From positions 992,001 through 1,056,000 of the forward strand of contig CM026547.1 in assembly GCA_014905635.1 (NCBI GenBank): a DNA stretch of 64,000 bases, written 5' to 3'. A model generated the notes under the pieces. It did no database searches. It had not been told where the DNA came from and worked only from the letters and a program-made list of their open reading frames with translations. Both the position numbers and the translations under genes were made by a program. This stretch comes from Scenedesmus sp. PABB004 (taxonomy: Eukaryota). Each line of letters begins with the position of its first letter. Position 1 is the stretch's first letter. This document shows positions 12,525-24,402 of this stretch, piece after piece.

Positions 12525-12661
12525 CGCCCCGCGCGCGGGAGCTTGCTGGCCCCGGGCCGGGAGCGGCGCGCCGCGCCGCGCAGCGGCCGCGTGCACGCGC
12601 CGGCGCTCGCAGGGTTGAGGGGTTGAGGGTTTGACCGGCGTTACAGGCGGGCGGCGGCCGG

Positions 12662-15412
12662 TCAGCTGCGGGCGCACGCGGCGTTGCGCTTGATCCAGTC
12701 GAACGCCAGGTCGACGCGCAGCATGCCCGCGCCCGACGCGAGGTCGTGCGCGCCGGGCGCCTGGCCGGGCAGGCGCTCCGCGCTGGCCTTGAGCGCCCGC
12801 GCGATGTCGCCGGCGCGGCAGGCCGGCACGAGCCGCCAGAGCAGCGCCGCCGCGCCCGACGCGTGCGGCGTGGCCTGCGCGGCGGCGGCGCCGGGCGGCG
12901 CGGCGCGCGCTGAGCGCGGCGGCAGCGCGCCGCCGCGGTGCCTGTCGCGGCGCCCCGCCGCGCCGCGCCCGCGCGCGTGTCCCACGCCGGGCGGCGCACA
13001 CGCACCATGCTGGTGCCGTCGTAGTGCCTGTAGTTGTACTCAAACGTCGACACGTCGGCCTTGAGCGGCCCCGCCGCCGCGGCGCGCGTCAGCGCGCGCG
13101 CGTGCGACGCCGACACGACGACGCCCGGTGGCGCGCGCGCCGCGCACGCGGCGGCGGCGCCGTCGGCGCCGGCGCTCGCGTTGGCGGCGCCCCCGCCGGC
13201 GCAGCCCAGCGCCGCCTGCAGCGCGGGCCAGCACGCGCAGCGCGCCCCGCAGTTGAGCTCCGTGCCCAGCAAGAACTCATCGGGGTCGGCGCCGTAATAC
13301 CAGCTTGGGTAGTCCCCGCCCTCGCTGTCGCCGCCGTCGCCGCCGTCGGCGCTGCCGCTGCCGCCGCTGACGCCGCCGCTGCCGCCGCTGCCGCCGCCGG
13401 GCGCGCCGTCGTCGCGCCAGACCGCGAGGCCCCGCCCGCCGCCCGCGGCGCACTTGAGCATCGCGAGGCACGCCTCGTGCGCCCAGTCGACCGCGCCCGG
13501 CAGCTGCACGAGGCACACGGCGCCCGCGGCGCCGGCGCAGCCGGCCGGCGCCTGCGCGCGCCGCGCCGCGCCCGCCTCGGCCCCGCGCGGGCTGGCCGCC
13601 GCCGCGCGGGCCTCGTCCGCGATGCTGCACACGGCCAGCGGCCGCGCGCCGCTGCTGCCGAGCCCCGCGCCCCGGATCGGCCGCGGCTCGCGGAAGCCGC
13701 CCGGCAGCAGCCCCAGCCCGTGCCGCGGCCGCCCCGGCGCGCCGCCGGGATGGGTCTGCGGCGGCAGGCCGGGGCTGGTCGTGAGCCAGCCCCGCACCGC
13801 GCCGTAGGCCGCGGGCACGCTGCTCAGGATTGCCGTCCCCGGCGCGGCGAGGCTGACCGCGCTGTTCTTCTGGGACGTGTAGTCGATGCTGCCGTCGCAG
13901 CGCGCGTTGGCCACGCTCAGCACCTGCGCCGCGCGGAGCTCGGCTCAGCTCAGCGCGGCCCAGCTCAGCTCAGCGCGGCTCAGCTCAGCGCGGCCCCAGC
14001 TGAGCTCAGCGCGGCCCAGCTCAGACCAGCTCAGCTCAGCGTGCAGCGCAGCACACCTCGTCGAGTCTGTAGCTGGCCGGGTAGCTCATGTAGTTCTCAC
14101 GCTGCTCCACCGGCAGCGGGCTGGGCGGCGGCGGCTCGCCGCCGCCACCGCCGCCCCGCGGCGCGAGCGCGGGCACGTAGCTGCCGTTGTTGCCCGCCGC
14201 GGCGACGAAGAGCACGTCGCCGCGCGCCGCGGCCTTGGCGACCCAGAGCCGCTCCACGGTGAGCGGGCCGGCGCTGCCGTAGGACATGTTGATGACCAGC
14301 CGCGCGGCCGGGTCGGCGCGCTGCACCTCGAGAAGGCGCGCGAGGCAGGCCTCGTACGCGAGGACGAGGTCGGTCGCGTACGGGCCCTGCCCCTGGCTCA
14401 CGTCGCCCGAGTCGTTCCACACGCGCACGACGTGCAGCTCCGCGCCCGGCGCGACGCCGACGACGCCGACGCCGTTGCGCTGCGCCGCGATCGTGCCCGC
14501 CACGTGCGTGCCGTGGCCGACCTCGTCCTCAAACGGCTTGAACGGGCAGCCCGGCCCCGGCGCGCACGCGGTCACGCCGCCGCCGCCCGGCGCGGCCAGG
14601 CGCTGCCGGAACTCGGGGTGCGTGCCGTCGAGGCCGCTGTCAATGACGCACACGATGACGCGGCCCTTGGGCGGGGCCTGCAGGATCGTGTCGTTGCGCG
14701 CGCCGATGCGGCGCACGCCCCAGGGCACCACCTCGGCGCCCGGCGCGTCCGAGAGCACCTCATCCTCCCCCGCGCAGCGCTGGTCGCCGACGCTGCTGCC
14801 CCAGATGTCGTAGCGCGACGGCACAAACGCGGCCCCGCTGTGCCAGTGGCCCGCGAGGTGCCCCGCGCCGCCGCCAGGCGCGGCCTCACCCGCGGCGGCG
14901 GCCAGGCGACGCCGCCGCGCGGCGGCTGCCCCCCGCGGCGCCAGCGGCCGCGCCAGCAGGAAGCGCGGCACGTCCTCCTCGCTGCTGTGCACGCCTGCGC
15001 GGCGAGGCGGCGGCGGCAGTCGCGCGCCCCGCCGCAGCAGCCCGCAGCGCCTGCGCCACGGCCGCCCCCCCCCCCACGCACCCGGGATGGCCTGCAGGTC
15101 GCGCAGCGCCGCCGCCGCCGCGGGCCGCGCCCGCGCGTCGGCGAGCCGGCGCCGCCGCTGCTGCGCCGGTGACGCCGCGACGAAGAAGCCGGGGCCCTCG
15201 CCGAGTATGGCGAAGCCCCTCAGCTGGATGTGGGCCTTCACGAGCGCGCGCCGCCCGGGCTCGTAGGCCACCGCGAAACGGGCGGCGGCGGCGGTTGGCG
15301 CAGCAACTTCTCCCGTGCCTGCGGCGGCCGCTGCGCCCGCGGCGGCGGCTGCGCCGCGTCCGGGACCGGTCACCAGGGCTGCCGCCAGCAGCACGGCCAG
15401 TGCCCAGGCCAT
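12662..15412 (-). CDS. Secreted subtilisin-like serine protease (S8) with a PA-like insert; multi-exon
   Basis: Signal peptide MAWALAVLLAAALVTG; catalytic VIDSG (Asp), HGTHVAGTI (His), AAAGN, GTSM/ATPHASG (Ser, motif split by an intron); TGTAA on the minus strand at ~12641. Confidence 0.93.
13936..14040. repeat. (CTCAG)n / CAGCT pentamer array in a subtilase intron
   Basis: gctcagctcagcgcggcccagctcagctcagc... repeated. Confidence 0.8.
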
Positions 15413-16281
15413 GGCGCTCGCCGGCGGCACCGGCCAGCTGCCGGCACCTGCGCTGCTGCCGCCCGGCACAGCTGCCTGCGGCCTGCAGCCCGTAAGAACG
15501 GCCTCGACTTGGTGAACTCGCCCCGGACGCTCACGGCGTTCGTTCGGCGGCACCACGGCGCCGCCGTGCGCTGGAAGTGGGACGGGGCTGGTGTGTGAGA
15601 GCGAGCCGCCCAGCTGCGCTGCGGCTGAGCCACGAGGCGGTGACGCTGCCACCGTGGCAGCCTCAGAGCGTCAGGAAGGCGTTAACCGAGGTGGAGTTCA
15701 CCGATGGCACGGTGTACAGGTGACGGAGGCGGCGGTCAGCGCGCGAGCCAGCACCACTGAGGGCGGTGCGGGCGTGTCGCGGGCGCCGCACGCACGCACG
15801 CGCGTCGCCTTGCAGCAGCAAATACAGGGCACACCCGCTCGCCTCTCTGTACAGGGTCGGCAGCGGCCGCGCGCTGCCGCGGCCAACCCACGGACGCGCC
15901 CCGCCGCAAAACTCTTTGTTGGTGCCCGGCTCGGAGCGAGGCGGGCAACCGAGCAGCGCGGCCCGCCCCCTCCCTCAGCCAAGACGCAGTGCCGCCGCTG
16001 GTCTGGTCTAGCATGCACGAGGATGGTCTGGTCTAGTCAACACTGGGTGGGGTAAACAATGTCGAGCAACTTAGCGCAACACTGATAGCCATTGCTGGCT
16101 CAACGGCCCGCCTGCGGGCCGGAGCACTCAAAGCAAGGGTGCCGGCGCGCCGCGCACGTGGCGCCGGCGCCGCGGCGTCGCCGCACGGCGCACGCACGTG
16201 CGGGCCGCTCAGCGGCCATGTCTGTGCATCTGTGCAGCACGGCGCACACGCGGCGCCGCCGGCGCTCGCCCGGCGGCGTCA

Positions 16282-16480
16282 CTACTCCACCTCCACCTCG
16301 CTCCGGCGGTGGTGCCGGCGCCGGCCGGCGTCGCCGCCACCGCCGCCGCCGCTGCCGCCGCCGCGGGCGCGCCGGGGGTCGCGGCCGCGGCCGTCGCCGC
16401 GGTCGCCCCGGCCGGCGCGGTCGCTGCGGCCGGCGCGGTGGTCCCGGCCGCCGCCGCGCCGCGGCGCGTCGTCCCGGCCA

Positions 16481-16513
<33 letters not shown>

Positions 16514-19343
16514 CCGCGCGCCTGGCGGCGGCTGCGTCCGGCCATGTACCAGGGCGTGAGGCCAAGCTTGTCCTTCATAAACCGCAGCTTGGCCCAGTTG
16601 AGGTCCTGCCACTGGTTCATCACGATGCCGCCCGTGTCGCCGCTGTTCTCGTTGTACGCCCACCACAGCCAGCCGCTCAGCGGCACCCGGTTGTACGCCG
16701 CCGCGGCGCCCTGCGCCGCGGACGGGGCGCGGGTGCGTCAGCGGCGGCGTCGCGGCGCGCGCGCGCGTCGCGGCGCCCCCGGGGCGCGGCGCGGCGCGTC
16801 GCACCCGGGCCATCGCAAAGTCTGCAAAGTCGTTGAGCCAGGTCTTGTCGGTCTGCTCGTGCAGCGCGGAGCCGGTCTCGCCGATGACGATGGGGAAGCG
16901 CGTGCAGGCGGTGCGCGAGGTGCAGAAGCCGCGGCTGGCGAGGTAGCCGAAGCTCGTGTTGCTCTGCGCCCAGAGCTCGCGGCCGAGGAAGGTGCTCTTG
17001 GTGATGGTCGGCGGGTAGAGGTGCGGCGAGATGACCGACTGCGCGGCGGCGGGCAGCGGCGCGCGGGCGTGGGCGCTGGCCACGGGCGCGGAGGCGCGTC
17101 TGCCGCGCGCTTGCGTCGTCCGCGCCGGGCCCGGCGCACCCGCTTTGCGTAGGGCTTGTTCACGAGCTTCTTGAAGAAGCTCGTGGGGTTGCTCAGCCCG
17201 CGGCTGGCAATGATGCTGGGGTCTGTGATGAAGCCGTTGCCCCAGTTGAGGCCAAACATGTTCTGGCCCGTGCCTTCGCGCAGACAGGCGCGGGCGGGCG
17301 CGTGAGCGCGCGGGCGTGGGGCGGCTGGCCAGCCAGCCTGGGCGGCGCAAGCCCCCGGCGCGCGCAGCGCGCGCGGCGCGCGGCGCACCCTCAAACATGA
17401 AGAGCATCTTGCCGGGCGACATCTTGTACAGCGCGTCGGCGGTGGCGAGGTAGAGCTGCTCCGCGCCGGGGCGGTCGCCGGACGCCTCCCAGCGGATGCC
17501 CATGGAGTCGGGCTCGTTCATGACGTCGATGAGCACGCGGCCCGCGATGTCGGTGTTGAAGTTGGGCAGGCACATGACCTGGCGCCAGAGGCTTGCCCAG
17601 GCGTCGACAAAGGTGTTCAGGCTGTACGCGTGCTGCTCAAGGCCCTGGGGCTGGTAGTCCAGCACGACGTACATCCCCAGCGCGACAAACTGCTGCACCA
17701 CGAAGAGCAGGCGGTCCGCGTTGCTGCGCGACGGCAGGTAGGTGTTGCACCGCCCCGCGGGGCTGTTGCGCATGGCCGAGGGGCTGCGCGGCAGCTCCTG
17801 GCGCAGCACGCGCGCGTCGGCGTCCTGCGGGTCAACCAGGCGGTCCTTGAGCTGCTGCGTCGTCAGCGCGCGGCAGTCCCGCTCCAGGTCCCACACGTCC
17901 GTCTTGGCCAGAAACTTGTGCGCAAAGGGCAGGCGCACGGCGTTGTAGCCGAGCATGCGCAGCTGGTACGCGATCTTGCTGAAGTCGGTCGCGGCGTCGG
18001 TGCCGCCGGCCCAAAGGCCGTCGACCATGCCCATGTCAACGTTGAAGCCAAACCAGTTGATGCCGCGCAGCGTGACGTCCCGGCCGCTCCGCGCGTCCAC
18101 GAGCTGCGCCCCGGAGACGCCGAGCGGCGCCGCGGGCGTGCCGCGCGGCGGCTGCTGGTAGGCCGGCGGCCGGCAGGTGGCGGCCGGCCCCGTGAACGCG
18201 GCGAGGTCGGCCGCGGGCGTGGCGCCGCCGATGGCGTTGACCGATCGCGCGAGGCTGCCGTCGGCGGCCGCGACGGCCACGAGCGGCGCGTAGCTTGCAA
18301 CGCACGTCACGCTGGCGCCGGCGCCGAGCTCGAGCGCCTGCCCCGGCGCCAGCGAGAGCGCCGCGCTGGCGTTGGCGCCGGCGCCGTCAAAGCACGCCCA
18401 CGCGGCAGCGCCGGCGCCCTCCAGCGCCGCCGCCGCCAGCAGGTACGGCCCGGCTGCCGCGCCCGCGCACCTCGCGCCCGGCGGCGGCACGAGCGCCGCC
18501 GCCCGCAGCGCTGCGGTCGCGTTCGGCGCGGCCGCGGTCGACACGCACTCCGCCAGCGCGCTAGCGTTGGCGCTGTCGCCGCCCGCGGGGCTGGCAGTGA
18601 GCTGCGGCGGCGCGGCGGGCGCGGCCAGGCCGCCCACAAACTCCGCCAGCAGGAAGAGCTCCACCGCCTGCTGCTCCACGCTGCCAGCGACGGGCGCAGG
18701 CGCCGCCGCGAGCGGGGGCGTCGAGGGCGCCACGTCGCCGGCCAGCACCGCGGGCGTGGGCAGCAGCACCGCGACGTCGGTGAAGGGCGCGTCGGCAGCA
18801 GGGGGCAGCACCGCTGCCGCAGCCGGGGCGGCGCGCCGGCGCCGCCGGGGTCGGGGCCGCCGGGGTCGGGGTCGGGGCCGCGGCTGGGGCCACGGCCGAG
18901 GCCATGGCTGGGGCCACGGCGGGGGCCGGGGCTGCGACCACGTCCTCGCGCACCGGCTGGGCGGGCGGCAGCGCCGCCGCCACTGACACGTCCAGGCGGC
19001 CCGACGGCTGCGGCAGGGCCGCCACCGACACGTCCAGGCGGCCCGCCGGCTGCGGCACCGCCGCCACTGACATGTCGAACCGGCCCGCCAGCTGCGGCAC
19101 CGCCGGCTGCGGCAGCGCCGCCACCGACACACTGGCCGCCAGGTCGATCGCGGGCGCCGGCTCCTCCTCCACGTACGGCAGGTACTCGACGGTGGCCGGG
19201 ACTTCGAAGAGCAGCTCGTCCGGCAGCGGCGCGGCCGCGGTGCGCCGCAGCTCGCGCGCGCCGCCGCAGCGCAGCTGGCACGCCGCCAGCAGCAGGCACG
19301 CCCACCAGGCGGCCACCGCGGGGCTGCCTCCACGCCGTCCCAT
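16282..19343 (-). CDS. Secreted glycoside hydrolase family 5 (endoglucanase-like), copy 1; multi-exon
   Basis: Signal peptide; LRGINWFGF, LGYNAVRLPF, DVMNEPD (acid/base Glu), SPHLYPP, IGETG (nucleophile Glu), WLWWAYNENSGDTGG. Confidence 0.92.
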
Positions 19344-20484
19344 CTCGGAGCTGCTTCTCGTGCGTCTGCCGCTCCCCCTGGCGCGCGGGAGGGCGCGCGT
19401 CAGGCTTCGCGCGCAACCCTCAGCGACAGCGCCCGCCTCCGAGGCCAGGGGCCCCGCGGGCTGGCTGTGAGCTCACCGTTGAGACTCAGACGGTCATGCG
19501 AGTCCACTCGCGCTGCTTGCTGCGCTGCGCGGCGGCCCCAGCGGCGTGGGCGGGCCAGCGATGGGCGTGAACAACTGCGCGCGGGGCTGCGGAGGAGGGC
19601 CGGCGAGCCTGGGGCGGACGCGGCGGGCACCGCGCGAGGGAAGCAGCAGGCGAGCTCGGCCGGCGCTGGAGCCAGGGTTGGGGCTGGCCGGCGCAACTGC
19701 TGCTGCGCCGCCCAGGAGCTGGGCGGGCAGTGAGAGCAGTGAGACGGCCCGCCCGCGTGTCGCGAGCGCGCCTGACCCAAGAGCTGCGTCAGGGCGCGCA
19801 GCGGGCCGGAGGCGCGGAGGGGCGCGGGCGCGGCGGCAGCCTGGTTTGCGCGAGGGGCGGGTGCAGCCGCCGCCGCGGTGCGGTACGCTCACCCGCAGCA
19901 GCCCCGGGTGCGTCCCGCGTCCCGGGGATCGCTCCGTCACGGTTGCCACCCTGGCGCCTGGACTGCAGGCCGCCCCGCTGACGCTGCGGCGGGGGCCTCA
20001 AACGGTCAAACGTCAGCCTACGCGGAAGCATGCGTTGGTGCGGGGTGCCAGGCGTGATGCCAAGAGTCTGCTGCTGTACACCGCGGCGCCCTTATGGGTT
20101 GGCGGCCGCGCAGTGCGGTGCGTGCGACGCACGCCGCTGCGCGAGGCGGTGGCGGCGCCCGCACTGGCGGCGCTGCCAGGGCGGGCGGGCTGCCGCGGCG
20201 GCAGGGATGCAGGAGACGTATGCCCATGGGCCCATGCGCGTGCGGCATGATGCAGCCTGCATGCACCTACGCCGCGCCAGCGCCGCGCCGTGGGCGCCCG
20301 GCGCCCCCGCGCGTGGCTCAAGGCGCGCGAAACACTTTAGCCTGGCCCCGATCAAAATGCGGCCGCGCGGCGCCTGCGCCGGCGCGCCGTTATGCGGGGG
20401 TGCGTGTTCGTGCGTGCGTCGTGTGTTGCCCGGCGCGTGCGCCCCATTATTGACGCGGGGCGCACGGCACCGTCGCCGCCGCGC

Positions 20485-23115
20485 TCACTTGCCCGTCGCG
20501 GCCGGGGGCGCGAGCGGCGCGTCGGCGCCGGCCGACGCGAACGTGTTGTCGTCATCATAGGTGGCGGGGTCGTAGCTGCCGTCGTCCGACATGCTGCTGC
20601 CGGTGCGGTCGCGCCGGCGGCGCGGCGGCTGCACGCCCACGCCGGGCTGCTGGTACCAGGGCACGAGGTCCAGCGAGCGCATCATGAACCTGTGGGCGCC
20701 GCGCCGCCGGGGTGAGCCGCGAGCGCTAGCAGCGCCGGCGGGCACGGGCACCAGCAGCGCGTGTGCCAGCGTGCGCCGGCGTGCACCAGCGGCGCGGCGC
20801 GGCCCGCGGGCGCGCACCCGAGCTTGTCCCAGTTGAGGTCCTGCCACTGGTTCATCACGATGCCGCCCGTGTCGCCGCTGTTCTCGTTGTACGCCCACCA
20901 CATCCAGCCGTTGACCGGGACCTGGTTGTACGGCGCGGCGCGGCCCTGCGCGGGCGCGGCGGCCGCGGGCGCGGCGGCGGCGGCGGCGGCGGCGGCGTGA
21001 GCGGCGCGGCCCTGCGCGGGCCTGCGCGGGCGCGGGCGCGCTGCCGCCCGCGCCCCCGGCCCGCGCCGCGCGTCGCACCCGCGCAAAGGCAAAGTCTGCA
21101 AAGTCGAGCAGCCACTGCTTGTCCGAGTCGGTGGCGTACGCGGAGCCCGTCTCGCCGACAAACACGGGGAACGTGGTGCCCTGGAAGCCCTGCGACTGGA
21201 GGTAGCCGAACGAGACGTTGCTCTGCTTCCACAGGTCCTCGCCCAGCCACGTGGACATGGTGATGCTCGGCGGGTAGAGGTGCGGCGAGACGACCGCCTG
21301 CGCGGCGGCGCGCGGGAGCGGGCGAGTGGGCGGCGCCGCGGGACGAGCCCGCCCGCCCCCCGACGCACGCGGCCCCGCCCGCGACTGGCGCCTCGCGCGC
21401 GCGCCCCCTGGCGGCGCACCTTCTTGACGTAGGGCTTGCTGACGAGGCTCCGGAAGAAGCTGGTGGGGTTGCTGAGCCCCCGGCTGGCGATGAGGTCCGG
21501 GTCAGTCACAAAGCCGTTGCCCCAGTTGAGGCCGATCATGTTCTGACCCGTGCCTGCGGGTGGTGACGCGGGCGGGCGCGTGAGCCCCTGCGCAGGCCGC
21601 TGGGCGGCTGGCCGGCCAGCCTGGGCGGCGCCCGGTGCGCGGCGCGCGCGGCGCCTGGCGCGCAGCGCGCGCAGCGCGCGCGGCGCGCGGCGCACCCTCA
21701 AACATGAAGAGCATCTTGCCGGGCGACATCTTGTACAGCGCGTCGGCGGTGGCGAGGTAGAGCTGCTCCGCGCCGGGGCGGTCGCCGGACGCCTCCCAGC
21801 GGATGCCCATGGAGTCAGGCTCGTTCATGACGTCGATGAGCACGCGGCCCGCGATGTCGGTGTTGAAGTTGGGCAGGCACATGACCTGGCGCCAGAGGTT
21901 TGCCCAGGCGTCGACAAAGGTGTTGAGGTTGTACGCGTGCTGCTCAAGGCCCTGGGGCTGGTAGTCCAGCACGACGTACATCCCCAGCGCGACAAACTGC
22001 TGCACCACGAAGAGCAGGCGGTCCGCGTTGCTGCGCGACGGCAGGTAGCCGTTGCACATGCCGCCCGTGGGGATGGGCGCGGCGTTGGCGGGCAGCGCCT
22101 TGCGGGCGGCGGAGCCGACGTCGCTGGGGGCGATGAGCCGCGCCTTGAGCGCCGCGGGCGAGAGCGCGGCGCAGGGGCGCGCCAGGTCCCAGACGTCCGT
22201 CTTGGCCAGGAAGCTGTGCGCAAAGGGCAGGCGCACGGCGTTGTAGCCGAGCATGCTCAGCTGGTACGCGATGGTGGAAAAGTCGGTCGTCGCCTCGCTG
22301 CCGCCGGCCCAGAGGCCGTCGACCATGCCCATGGGCACGTTGAAGCCAAACCAGTTGAGGCCGCGCAGCTTGACCGGCGCGCGGGTGTCGCGGTCGACGA
22401 TGGTCGCGCCCGCGATGTCGAGCGGCGCCGCGGGGGTGCCGCGCGGCGGCGACTTGAAGCTCAGCGGCGCGCACGACGCGGAGGGGTCGACCGCCGCGAT
22501 CGAGGCGCCGCCGTTCGCCGCGGACGCGACCTCGGCCTCCCAGTTGATCGCCGCGACCGCGGCCTCCTGCTCGGCCGTCTGGGGCGTGTAGGTCGCGACG
22601 CAGGTGTAGCTCGCGCCGCCGGGCAGCATGACCGCCTCGCTGCTGAAGAGCGGCAGCGCCGCCGGCGCGCGCGCGCCCGCGGGCGACGCGCCCGCGGCGA
22701 GCGCGCTCTTGTAGCACGCCCAGGTCGCCCAGTTGGCGCCCTTGACGTACGACGCCTGCAGCGTGTACAGGCCGCCCGCCAGGGGGTACGCGCTCACGCA
22801 GCGCGCGCCGGCCGGCGCCGACGCGAGCGCGGCGGCGGCGGCGCCGGGGCCGCTGACGGTCGCCGCGCGGCGGTGCGCGCAGTCGATGCGCTTGCCGGCG
22901 ACCGCCTTGGCGAGCAGCTGGGGCGCGCGGCGCGGCGTGGCGAGGCCGGGGGCGTACTCGGCCAGGAGATAAAGCTGGATCTCGCCCGGGGACGTCACGG
23001 ACGCGGGGTCGGCCTGGGACGCCGCGCCGACCAGCAGCCAGCCGGCGGCCAGCAGCAGCGCGGCGGCCGCGCCGCCGTGGCGGCGCCCAGGCGACGCGAT
23101 GCCCTCTCGAGACAT
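20485..23115 (-). CDS. Secreted glycoside hydrolase family 5 (endoglucanase-like), copy 2; multi-exon
   Basis: MSREG... signal peptide; LRGLNWFGF, DVMNEPD, VGETG, WMWWAYNENSGDTGG; introns at positions matching copy 1. Confidence 0.92.
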
Positions 23116-24402
23116 GGCGGCGGCGGGGTCACGCCTAGGCCTGCGGGGCGGCGCGCGGGCGGACGTGGCAGGGTGAGGCGGCGGCCGGCGGCGGCGCTGC
23201 CGCCCGGTGGGCGCTGGATCCCCCGTGCCTGGCGCCGCGCCGGCGGGCGCGACGGGCCTGGCAAGCTGCGAGGGTACGGTCGCGGCGCAGCGCGGCCGCG
23301 CGGCGCGGGCAGACGGCGCGGGGCGGGCGAGCGCGCGGTGCCATGCTTCACTCACCGGGGCGTGCAGCGCAGCCGTGGGGAGGCGTCCGCGGCGCGGCCT
23401 CGGGGGTGAAATAAGGTGGCCGACCTTTTGATGGCCCGTGCGCACCGTCTGGCGGCGAGGGCACGCTGATCGGTGCTGCGCGGTCGCAGCGTGCGGCCTG
23501 GCGGGCGTCGCGCCTGGGGATGAGCGGGGCGGCGGCACGGGAGCCCGGCGCTATGTAGCGGGCGGGGCGGCGAAGAGTACCTGCGCCGTCAGAACCGCGG
23601 CAAGTCTCTCACCCGTCGGCCCGGCCGCACCCGAGCCTGGGGCGCGCCTGGCCCCGCGTGCACCACTGAGCAGCCTTCAGGGTGCACAGAATGCCGTGGG
23701 CGCCGTACTGTGCCGATCCAGGCAGCCCAACGCGCGGCGCCCACCCGCGCGTCGCGATCGCGTCGCGAGGGGCCCGGGGCTGCCTCGAGGCACGCCACGA
23801 GGCCACAAAGACCCTTCCGGACACGCCCGTGGGCCGGGCGGCGCGCGCCGCCGGAGCAGCGCTGGCGGCGCGGCGAGTGACGCTGGCGAATGTGTGCGCA
23901 CGCGGCCCGCACGCGCGCCGGCATCGGCCCAGAGCTGCCTGGCCACACCCCACGCCCTCAGCGGGCGTCCTGCAGGCGCGGCGGCGAGCGCGCGGGCGCG
24001 GGCGGCCGTATCTCCCGCGCTCGTTGCCAGTGCCAGTGCCGGCGGCCGTCCGCCAGCCCCGGCGACCGCCGCCGACACCGCGACACGGCGAAGCCCTCGC
24101 CTGCTTTGTACAAAGGGGGCCTAGCGCCGCGAGCCGCGCCCCCCGCCGCGCGCAATGCGCAGGCGGCGGCGCCGCAGGCGGCAAGGTCAAGTGCATGGAC
24201 TGTTATTCCACTCTTCTCATGAGCAAGCCGCCAGCCGCGCTCGCAAAAAGCAGTCGCAGCGTGCCGCGCGGCGCCGCGCCGCGCTCACTGAAGCGTGGCG
24301 CGGCCGCCGGCGGCGCGTCGCGCCGCCCCAGACCCTGCCCAGCCCGCTCGCTGCCCCTCGGCCGCCGGCCGCGCGAGCCGCGCCGCCGCGCGAGCCGCCG
24401 CC

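Noticed and set aside
16100..19333. Single-exon 1077-aa ORF
   Set aside because: It reads through introns and mixes frames; the real GH5 gene is spliced and starts at 19343
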